Shown here: positions 54,267-64,000 of the stretch, one piece after another
How positions within the stretch are numbered: position 1 is the stretch's first letter
How the letters are laid out: each line of letters begins with the position of its first letter
From: Eledone cirrhosa
Lineage: Eukaryota
Direction of reading: 5' to 3'
Assembly (NCBI GenBank): GCA_964016885.1
Contig: OZ024750.1
Location: 12,214,001-12,278,000, forward strand
Length of the DNA stretch: 64,000 bases
Notes under the pieces: generated by a model
Databases searched by the model: none
What the model was told of the DNA's origin: nothing
The model's input: the letters and a program-made list of their open reading frames with translations, nothing else
Translations under genes and position numbers: made by a program

Positions 54267-54915
54267 CATCATCATCATCATCATTTTACATTCACTTCTC
54301 CCTGCTTGCAAGGGTGGGATGGGAACTGATTCTGGCTTGATTTCTACAGCTGGATGCCCTTCCTAACACCAACCTTATTTTTACAGTGAGCGCTGGGTGC
54401 TTTTTTGCCGTGGCACCTCCACGACCACTTTGCAGTGGAATGATAGGGACCCCAGTCCCTATCATCTCATTTCTACAGCTGAGTAAATATATACACATAT
54501 ATATATATACACATATATATACATATATACACATATATATATATATATACATATATACACACATATATATACATATATACACACATATATATACATATAT
54601 ACACACACACACATATATACATATATACACATATATATATATATATATATATACACATACATATATACATACATATATTCACATTTATTTCACATTGCCC
54701 CAGTTTACTCAGCTGTAGAAATGAGATGATAGGGACTGGGGTCCCTATCATTCCACTGCAAAGTGGTCGTAGAGGTGCCACGGCAAAAAAGCACCCAGCA
54801 CTCACTGTAAATGAGGTTGGTGTTAGGAAGGGCATGCAGCTGTAGAAATCAAGCCAGAATCAGTTCCTGTCCCACCCTTGCAAGCAGGGAAAAGCATACG
54901 TAAAATGATGATGAT
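54267..54915. mobile_element. Inverted pair of family-C SINE 3' parts around a microsatellite
   Basis: 54267-54488 (-) and 54684-54915 (+) are near-identical reverse complements. Confidence 0.85.
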
Positions 54916-56183
54916 ATATATATACATATATATACAAAACTCTGTTTATACTAATATTATTGTTTTGTATTCAATGTGGAGAACTTTTAATGTCGAATGT
55001 TAAAAAAAATGTAACCAATTAATTTGAAATATTGCTTAAAGTCTTAAATGCAATTTAGTTGGTAATTGAATTTAAGCTTATTTAATTATGAGAAATAATT
55101 ACTTATGATTTAAAACAAGCAGCAGCTCGTTTTTAATAAAGTTTTCATTTTTTAAATTTTATATAAAAAAAAAAAAATGATTTTAAGTTGAGTTCTTTTA
55201 TATTTTTACCTCATGATTATTTTCTTTATAATCATTTTTTTTTTACATTTGGCTAAAATAAGGAATGAAACTGGACATTTTTAGAGGTGTTGCTTTTTTA
55301 ATGTTATTAAATCTAGTTAATATTTATAATAATTTAAACACTGTAGAACAATTGTATTTAAAAGTTATTAAATCTATTTAAAATTATTTGTAGTACAATT
55401 GAATTTTAAAGTTAAATTACTGCATCTTACTTATATTTTCTTATAACAAAGTGACTGGTCTCGTCTTAACAACAACAATTCTGCTGCCTCTGGAATTTTT
55501 CCCTGTTAGACCTAAACAATAATATCCAACGCCTAACTTATACCTACTGAACTAATTTCCACCAGTTGGGGCCTGTCTCTAAAGGGGACTCTACACTAGA
55601 ACAATCTAGTTTTGGTTTGTTAAATAAATAAAACAAAACAACACATTGCAGTATATATAAAACAACCAAATGAGTCCCACACCTCATAAGGCCAGCCCCG
55701 ATATTATCAAAACCAACTGGCAGGAGACCCAAGCATAGACCCTGATCAAGATGGCTGGATAACATCCGTAATCTTGGCTGGTCTCGCGAATACATTTATG
55801 TATCTGCTATGTTTGAGCAAAAAACCAAATTCTAAACTTATGAACACATTTTTTTTCGTTCTCCATGACTCAGGTCTGCTAGCTTAAAGCTGATTTAAGC
55901 TATCTCAAAACAAAATGACATACAATATTTAGACATTTACATACATAGACAGACACACTCATAATACAATTCATCATATTTATTCATTTACTCTTTTCTG
56001 TTTTGTTGTTTCCTCATATATATATATATATATATATATATAATGTTCCACTCAGCAAAACCTAACATATTCATATGTTATTTCCTCATTATATATATAT
56101 ATATATCATTATCACCATTAAAATCGTTTTTAGACAAGTCCTTTCTAGTACAGCATCTCCCTACTTGTTTTTGCCAACTCCTT

Positions 56184-56222
<39 letters not shown>

Positions 56223-58517
56223 GTCTGCAGGAAAAATACGGGTTGAGACAGAACTCAACATGTTGCAATTTATTTGTTTTCAAAATATACATTTTTATTG
56301 GTTAATGAACTCTAAGAACCTTATATAAATTATTTATTAGAACCTTACAATAACTGGGCTCCATATTTTGTATAAAAAATAAAGAGAAAGATTTTAAAGG
56401 AAAAAATCATACGGTTTGACTACTTCTTTTTCATAAGAAATATATGCAATATAAATGAAGCAAAATCATTGCAACTAGCAATAAAAAAAATATCTCATAA
56501 ATTCTTAAATTCAGGAAATCAGAATAATAAGAAACATCATCATCATCACCATTTAACGCCCATTTTTCCATGCTAGCATGGGTTAGACGAAACAGTTCTT
56601 ATCCTGTAGAAGCCATTTCTATATTAAACTTTATGTTTACACTCTACTAATGTATTAAGTACCTTACAAGCTGTGGTTACCCCTGATTAAACCCGAGACA
56701 CTTATATATATATAAATATATGAAACCATTTTAGCTGGTTTGAGTGCTGATGTGGTGAAGATGTGTATTTGTCTTGTACTTCACCTTTCTTTATTTCCTT
56801 CCCCCAGTCACTTCTGTGTGACAACACACTTCTAATTGTCCTCCTCATTTTTCAATCTTTTCTATGTTTCATCTGCCTTTCACCCACCTTATGTATTGTC
56901 CCTCTGTTGACCACTGGCTACAGCTCTCTGTTCTTTGAGGCATTTTTGCCCATTGCTGTCTTTGACAGCATTTGGCTGTTTCAACAGCTGTTCTAGTGAT
57001 GAGTTTTCCCAGTTTTATATGTATTGTTTTAAACTGTTCTGTTGTGTCTGTTTAACTACCATATTCTAAATTTACAAACATTCATATTAACTCTAACAAC
57101 GGATGAAAATCTCATTAACTGGTTTGTTCGAGTTATTTAAATGAACCTGACACACTTTAAAATTTGATAAACAAATACCATAAGGCATTGTTCGAGTCCT
57201 TTCCATTCAAAGTTAAAATCTTATTGAGGCCAACTTTGCCTTTAATCCTTCCACAGTTGATAAAGTATCAGTTAATTACTGGAGGTGATTTAATTAACTA
57301 ACTACTGGTTCCAGAATATATAAGTTGTGAGTCTGTCAGAAATAATTATCATTAATCTTCTTTCGTTTCAAGACATAAGTCTTCAATGTTTTAATACCAT
57401 TCAGACTGGTCCTCAGCAACTCTCTGTACCTTACTCTATGTAAGATGCATTTCTCTCAATTTGCTAAGTGTTCTTAGTCCATCCAGGCATTTGTTTTCCT
57501 GGTGGTGTCCATTTTAATGCTGCCTTTGTTTTTTATTCTGGCCTAGTAGATTCTGAGTATGGTTTTGGCTAGTCAGCTGAGCTGGAAGTATTTTACTTTA
57601 AGAGTCACACTATTACAACCACTTTCGCTATACAGCTCCTTGTTTGACCCTTTGTTGGAGATTGAGTAAATATTCTTCAGACACTCATTGGGGTTCCCTT
57701 CATAACTGCCAGCATTTTGAGTTATACTGTCTCTCTGATAATATCATCTAATTTTACATGAATAATGAACCTTCAGCTGTGTCGAGGACATGTAACCTCC
57801 CTAGTGTTGGTGATCTACAAGATGAAAGCATCCAGTACATGCTGTAAAATGGTTGGTGTTATGAAGGGCATCCATCTGTAGAAAGTTTGTCAAACAAGGA
57901 TTTGAGAGGACCCTTTAGTTTGTATCAAAAGACACGACAACTTCTCCTGTGAACTTGATAGAATGATTGTTAGGAACAGATTTTATTTCAATCCCTATTT
58001 CAAAGTTATTTATTTAAAATCAGTTTATCAAGTGACCTAAATATAGTTTTAGTATTACTTCAAACTATTATTTCCTCTATTTTCTGACAGAAGCTCATTC
58101 AGCTGTCCATCCCATAATTCTACTTCTCTGAAGTGGTTATATACTCATTCCCAATCCTTACATAAGTCTGTTTTTATCGTAAAATGCCATGCTAACTTAA
58201 TATTTTATCACATTCAATAAATATTAGCTTCCTTCATCGCATTCACTAATATACAGGAAATATGTACTTCAGTAACTCTGTGTTGTGGTTCTCTTGGATA
58301 TAATTCTAGGAATTTTTCTTTGTGAGAATTTTGTTGACACCATCAACACTTAACATTTATTTTTCCTTACTTACATGAGTAGATAGGTGATTATATTAAG
58401 TGATAAGCCAAGTTGGTAGACCACATTTTGACACATAAACTGTATACATGTATGTATATATACATGTATGTGTATATATGTAGGTATATATATATATGTA
58501 GGTATATATATATGTAT

Positions 58518-58854
58518 GGAGGCACATGGCTTAGTGGTTAGATCATTGGCCTTGCAATCGAAAGGTTGTGAGTTCAATTCTCAGACCGGGTGATGTGTTG
58601 TTTCCTTGAGCAAGACACTTTATTTCACATTGCTCCAGTTTACTCAGCTGTAGAAATGAGATGATAGGGACTGGGGTCCATATCATTCCACTGCAAAGTG
58701 GTCGTGGAGGTGCCACGGCAAAAAAGCACCCAGCACTCACTGTAAATGAGGTTGGTGTTAGGAAGGGCATCCAGCTGTAGAAATCAAGCCAGAATCAGTT
58801 CCCGTCCCACCCTTGCAAGCAGGAAAAAGCAGACGTAAAATGAAATGAAAAAAA

Positions 58855-58885
<31 letters not shown>

Positions 58886-59462
58886 AATTTATCACATCAC
58901 CACACTCAGCCCCATCAATATTTTTATTCCACATTGTTTATAAATGTTGAATATATCTGACTAGTGTACATTGTATAAGTCTTTCCTTTTTGCTTTGATA
59001 TATTTATATATATAATTTAATCCATGGTAGCATGGAAAAAATGGAAATTAAATGATGATGATATATATATACTGTGCATGCACACACACTCACACATATA
59101 TATATTTATACACACACATATACATACAGTCGTGTGTATTGTATATATGGGTATCATCATCATCATTTCATTTTACGTCTGCTTTTTCCCTGCTTGCAAG
59201 GGTGGGACGGGAACTGATTTTTGGCTTGATTTCTACAGCTGAATGCCCTTCCTAACACCAACCTCATTTACAGTGAGTGCTGGGTGCTTTTTTGCCGTGT
59301 CACCTGCACGACCCAGTCCCTATCATCTCATTTCTACAGCTGAGTAAACTGGAGCAATGTGAAATAAAGTGTCTTGCTCAAGGAAACAACACATCACTCG
59401 GTCTGAGAATTGAACTCACAACCTTTCGATTGCAAGGCCAATGCTCTAACCACTAAGACATG
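58518..59462. mobile_element. Tail-to-tail inverted pair of tRNA-derived family-C SINEs (58518-58848 +, 59153-59462 -)
   Basis: tggcttagtggtt A-box, gagttcaattc B-box, ccttgagcaagacac central segment and an RTE-like tail shared with 38300-38576. Confidence 0.88.
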
Positions 59463-59731
59463 TATATCTGTGTGAAAATGCCTTTACAAAAGTATTGGAA
59501 GAAAAGTTAAAATTAAACAATAGAATTAGATTAGTTGATACTAAAATGTCATAACAAATATTAAAATCTCCCTACTCAGGCACATTTTGTTAAACCCTAT
59601 AGAATTTCTCAGGAAGATTATTTAATTTTTATGGTAAATTCAATTTAGTTATAATTACATTTGTTTTTTTTTTTAAGTTTTAAGCCCCACTTTGTAAATA
59701 TATTTTGTTATTCTTTTATTAAACATATGTA

Positions 59732-59896
59732 GTAAGAAACTTTCAGGAGAGCTGGACAGCAGAAGGTCTTCAGAGAACCCCCATCCTCAAGCAAGTGTTT
59801 TGGCCCTCAGAAGTTAAGGGCTAAAACACATGTTTGAAGAGGGGAGTTTTTACTCTGAAGACCTTCTGCTCTCCAGCTCTCCTGAGAGTTTCTTAC
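59732..59896. repeat. ~165-bp imperfect full-length hairpin (MITE-like)
   Basis: gtaagaaactttcaggagagctgga..gaaggtcttcagag pairs with ctctgaagaccttc..tccagctctcctgagagtttcttac; inner gtgttttggccct/agggctaaaacac also pair. Confidence 0.8.
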
Positions 59897-59906
59897 AACT
59901 AATCAT

Positions 59907-60280
59907 TAATTGTTTCTACTTTAGGCACAAGGCCAGCAATTACCCAGTTCATTACTGGTACTTTATTTTATCGACCCCGTAAGGATGAAAGGCAAAGTCA
60001 ACCTCGGCGGGATTTGAACTCAGATCGTAAAGGGACGTAACTATGCTGGAAAGCATGGCGTCTGACCCTCTACCGATAATTAATAGAACGGCGGTGGATT
60101 GGCAGTATCAGTAGAGTGTCAGATGCCATGCTGTATAGCATAGAGTTACGGCCCTTTATGATCTGAGTTCAAATCCCGCCGAGGTTAACTTTACCTTTCA
60201 TCCTTACAGGGTCGATAAAATAAAGTACCAGTAATATACTGGAATAATTGCTGGACTTGTGCCAAAAGTAGAAACAATTA
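59907..60280. mobile_element. Head-to-head inverted pair of family-A SINEs (59907-60077 -, 60090-60280 +)
   Basis: Two copies in opposite orientation separated by about 12 nt. Confidence 0.88.
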
Positions 60281-61435
60281 ATATTAATAAATTTTTTTAA
60301 TTATTTCAAGGTGCATGTGTGTATATGTATATATATATGTGTGTGTCTGTGCATGCATGTGTGTATATGTATATATATGTGCGAGTGTCTGTGTGTATAT
60401 TTGTGTGCATGTATGTGTGCCCATGTGCATTTGCATTTTTTGTTTTCTTTTCTTTCCACCCTCTCAATTTTGAAGTTTATTTTTATGTCAGCTGACCTGA
60501 GGTGAAATAATAAGTATTATAAACAACCATGATTGCAAAATGATATGCCTGATAACTGGTTATTTTTAGGCCTGCCATATTGACAATAAAATCAAAATAA
60601 ACCCCCTTTGCTCTTCACTGAGCTCATTAGTTTTGACATGCTAACTGATACACAGTAGTAGTGTGTGAAAAACTACAATCTGTTAGGAAATTGGTACATG
60701 GCTGGCCTCCATAGGTTCTGATGATAAATGTTCCAGTTAATTTTGACCAATGAAAGAGCCTGCTTTTGAAATTAGTGAGCAAGTGGCTGAGAATTTCACA
60801 GACACAAGTATCCTTAATGTAGCTCTCAGGGAGATTCAGTGTGAAACTAAGCTAGAAACAGTTCTCTTTGAGCAAGGCATGGTCACCTGATCTGACTTGC
60901 CTCAGAATGGGACAACTTGTCTAACCCATGTTAGTGTGGAAAATCGACGTGTGATGATGATGATGATTTCACAACAGAAAGACACAAAACTAATTCTCCC
61001 TCCTTTATTCCATTTCTCTCCTCCTCTCTCTCATGTTTCATAACACCTTCGCTGTTTATATATTTTTTTTCTTACTTTCAAAATGTTCTATAATTTGACC
61101 CCATAAATGTATTTTAGATTGTTGTTATATAATATTAGAAATTATTAGGGTTCTGTAACAATATTCTAACTTTAATGACTTTGAACAATAGAAAACTAAT
61201 TAAGTTTAATTTACATTAAATAACAAAGAATAATAACCAACTTTAAGTATTCTTTCACTTGTTTTTCTTTAGTAGCTAAATGGAGCTGATACAAAACAAA
61301 ACAAAACAAGCAACTTTCTTGTTTCATTTATTAACTATATATTTTGTTTCTATATTTGGCACAAGGTCAGCAATTTGAAGGAAAGTTGATTAAATCAATC
61401 CCAGTTTGTTATTGGTACTTTATTTCATTGACTCC

Positions 61436-61484
<49 letters not shown>

Positions 61485-61485
61485 C

Positions 61486-61527
<42 letters not shown>

Positions 61528-61684
61528 TATAAGGTAGTCAGCCAAACTGGCAACAACTGCCTTTGAGTCAAAAACATTTTTCTCTGTTTTTTTATTGAAA
61601 TACATTTACTAATTGATTAAGGTCTTAACTCGTACAATTTGTTTCTCTAATCTCTGAAACCTTTCAAATAGACAAATAACCATT

Positions 61685-61850
61685 AGAGGGCTGGATGCCA
61701 TGCTTTCTAGCATAGTTACGTCCCTTTACGATCTGAGTTCAAATCCGATCGAGGTTAACTTTGCCTTTCATCCTTACGGGGGTCGATAAAATAAAGTACC
61801 AGTAATGTACTGTGTAATTGCTGGCCTTGTGCCAAAAGTAGAAACAATTA
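61685..61850 (+). mobile_element. Family-A SINE ending about 60 nt upstream of the Rieske exon acceptor
   Basis: gccatgctttc..gagttcaaatcc..gtagaaacaatta. Confidence 0.85.
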
Positions 61851-61911
61851 TTTCTTCCAAGTTATTTTGAAAGGAAATATTTATTTTTCTTAATTATTAT
61901 TTTTCTTTTAG

Positions 61912-62100
61912 GTTTAAACCTGGCCTTATTTCGTGATGATAAAGGTAATGCCCATGCCTTGAATGCTTATTGCCCACATCTTGGAGCCCACTTGGCAGTA
62001 GGTGGAAGGGTCCTTGGAAACTGTATTGAATGTCCATTTCATGGATGGCGCTTTCGAGGAGATGACGGCAAATGTGTATATATTCCTTATGCTGATAAAA
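61912..62100 (+). CDS. nvd: Internal coding exon of a Neverland/DAF-36-like cholesterol 7-desaturase (Rieske [2Fe-2S] domain)
   Basis: Pyrimidine tract plus AG acceptor (ttttcttttag, ends 61911) and GTAAGT donor at 62101. 189 nt, phase 1/1, reading (G)[62 protein letters not shown]. Contains the Rieske C-x-H...C-x-x-H ligands. Absent from the ORF track. Confidence 0.93.
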
Positions 62101-62214
62101 GTAAGTATTTTGATATTTGTGTAATTTTATAATAATAATAGAAATATTCTTAAAACAATGATGTCATTATGTGAAAAGTAACTTATTTTTCCATTTACTC
62201 AACTTTAATTATGA

Positions 62215-62520
62215 TGTCTTCTTCTTTGGCCATTTATTCCTGAAAGGGTTGTTGGGGCAAAGTTCTCAAACACTCCTTCCGATGGGTCCTGCCAGAAGCA
62301 ACCATCTCCAACTGATCCAGCTGGATCCCCAAACAAGACCAACCAAGCTCCTGAATGTTATCCAACCATCTTGCTCCTGCCAGTTGGTTTTACCAATAAA
62401 ATCTGTCCAGCGGTTCTTTCCTGAGATATTTTAACCACATGCCCATAGTGTCAGAACTGTGATCTCTCAATTTGTAGAAGTAGCAGCTCTACCTGGAGTG
62501 ACTCTCTAATATCCGAGCAA
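62215..62520 (-). mobile_element. Decayed LINE 3' fragment in the nvd intron
   Basis: gggttgttggggcaaagttctcaaacactccttc is shared with 12301-12378; related + strand piece at about 55700-55790. Confidence 0.6.
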
Positions 62521-63423
62521 TGGACTTTAATGAGTATGATGTGTTAGTCTGAAAAACAAAACAAACCATTTTTCTTTAATTAAAAAGGGAATTTTTATAT
62601 TTGTTAGCATATGAAACTTATTAAGGTTAGGCTGCAGTAAAAAATATTTTATGTATATAAATGATTAATTTGAATCTGAAGTGTGTTGATATATTCTGCT
62701 TATATTTTAATTGTATAAATATATTTTGTTTGCATTTAACAGCTTTCAAAAATATTATAAAAAAATTTAAATGATGTTTTAATTTCAATTTATCATGGAT
62801 AAAATTACATATAGAAACAAAATATATTTATACATTTCACTTCAAATATTAATGTAATATATTTGTATATGTAACTGTAGATACCCTAATCACTTTCTAA
62901 TTAAAAACATTTTTTAATTTATAAAAAGAAAAAAAAAATGTAACTTTTGACTCTCTCTAAAGAGCTTAATAAATATATATTAAAAGGGTTTTTAAAAAAT
63001 TCATAGTAAAATAAGTGCCAACACTTGTATTATATTCAGCAACATCTACATTTGTCTCAGGCGATGTGTTGGTGTTCAACATATATGTGTATTGTTATTG
63101 GTGGTTATTGTTGAATGTGTCTGTGTGTCTCTGTCTCTTTTGCTAATATATATCAGAAAAGGATGTAACTACGAGTGGGGAAAACTAAAACACTGGTGTT
63201 TGTCAAAGTCCCTTATGATATTTGTTCAGCACTGAATTACAGACACCTCCTTATCATTCTTGTTATCAGAAATGGATGAAACCTGTTGGAAACCTGTAAC
63301 TAATGATGCTATTTTTCTCCAATTGCAATATAAATGACTAATTAATGAAAATACTTAATTAGGTTTGAATTCAATACAACATAATAAAAAAATTGTCTAA
63401 TAATATCTTCCTTGTTTTTTCAG

Positions 63424-63602
63424 TACCAGATGTGGCACAGGTGAAGTCATGGCCAATAAATGACATTAATGGATGGATCTACCTTTGGTATCATGCTGAA
63501 GGTTTAGAACCGACATGGCTTATTCCTGAAATTGAAGATATAGCCAAAGGTAACTGGACATACAAGGGACGTACAGAACATCACGTTAATGCCCATATTG
63601 AG
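63424..63602 (+). CDS. nvd: Next coding exon of the Neverland/DAF-36-like cholesterol 7-desaturase
   Basis: Acceptor cttgtttttcag ends 63423; donor GT at 63603. Joins in frame with the previous exon (A+TA = Ile): IPDVAQVKSWPINDINGWIYLWYHAEGLEPTWLIPEIEDIAKGNWTYKGRTEHHVNAHIE. This matches the Neverland W-Y-H-A-E..P-x-W and 'NAHIE' segment just before the non-heme iron motif, which should lie downstream of the window. Confidence 0.92.
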
Positions 63603-64000
63603 GTAGATTTTATCATTTATTTACATTGTTTAAATTTAATTTAATGTTTCAATTCTAGGTTTGTTTCATCATAGCAGCCAATGACTACTACTTTTTCTGT
63701 CTTTAACTCTTTAGCATTTAGACATTACTAAAACTCTGTGCTTGCTTGTAATGTAATACAGCCAAAAGGGTGCATAATGGGAAAATACTTTGAAAGGAAG
63801 TTGTCCTTGAAATCAGACCACAGGTTTCCGAGATACAGGGTTTTTCCGGGTACCTTCATAAACAAAGAGAGAGAAAATGAAGAAATAGTGGTTGGGAGAG
63901 AGTAGATTGAAAGATAGACATAGGGAGAGGAGACAGAGAAGGAGCATGGAAGAGAGCTGCTGCTGCTGCTGCTGCTGGTGGTGGTGGTGGTGGTGTGTGC

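Noticed and set aside
59855-59890. CTGAAGA within the 59.7-kb hairpin as a hammerhead
   Set aside because: No helix II between the core and GAAA/GAGA, and no helix I.
61962-61964. AAT (Asn) where Neverland usually has Asp; A-to-I editing could restore it
   Set aside because: The 5' neighbour is G, which ADARs disfavour, and the position need not be invariant; no evidence without RNA data.

Overview
AT-rich, microsatellite-dense animal genomic DNA. The tRNA-derived SINE families resemble those of octopod cephalopods; this is recognised by eye, not by database search. The only host protein-coding sequence I can support is two spliced + strand exons near the right end (61912-62100, 63424-63602). 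They encode the Rieske [2Fe-2S] domain and following region of a Neverland/DAF-36-type cholesterol 7-desaturase; the upstream exon was not found in the window. Almost all ORF-track entries are microsatellite artefacts. The rest of the window is SINEs (about 20 copies of one family), MITEs (piggyBac-, hAT- and Tc1/pogo-like), a decayed hAT-like transposase, fragments of RTE-, CRE- and R4/Dong-like LINEs, minisatellites and a 200-N gap. The most striking structure is a set of short, non-coding fold-back elements, unrelated in sequence and sitting in (TA)n tracts. Each carries a minimal type-I hammerhead ribozyme motif: helix I, CUGANGA, helix II, GAAA, a palindromic helix III and NUH. This resembles Penelope-like element termini or retrozymes. 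At least five families are present, and in every fold-back copy the antisense arm precedes the sense ribozyme. An apparent switch from CpG-normal to CpG-depleted DNA near 35.2 kb coincides with a change in repeat families.
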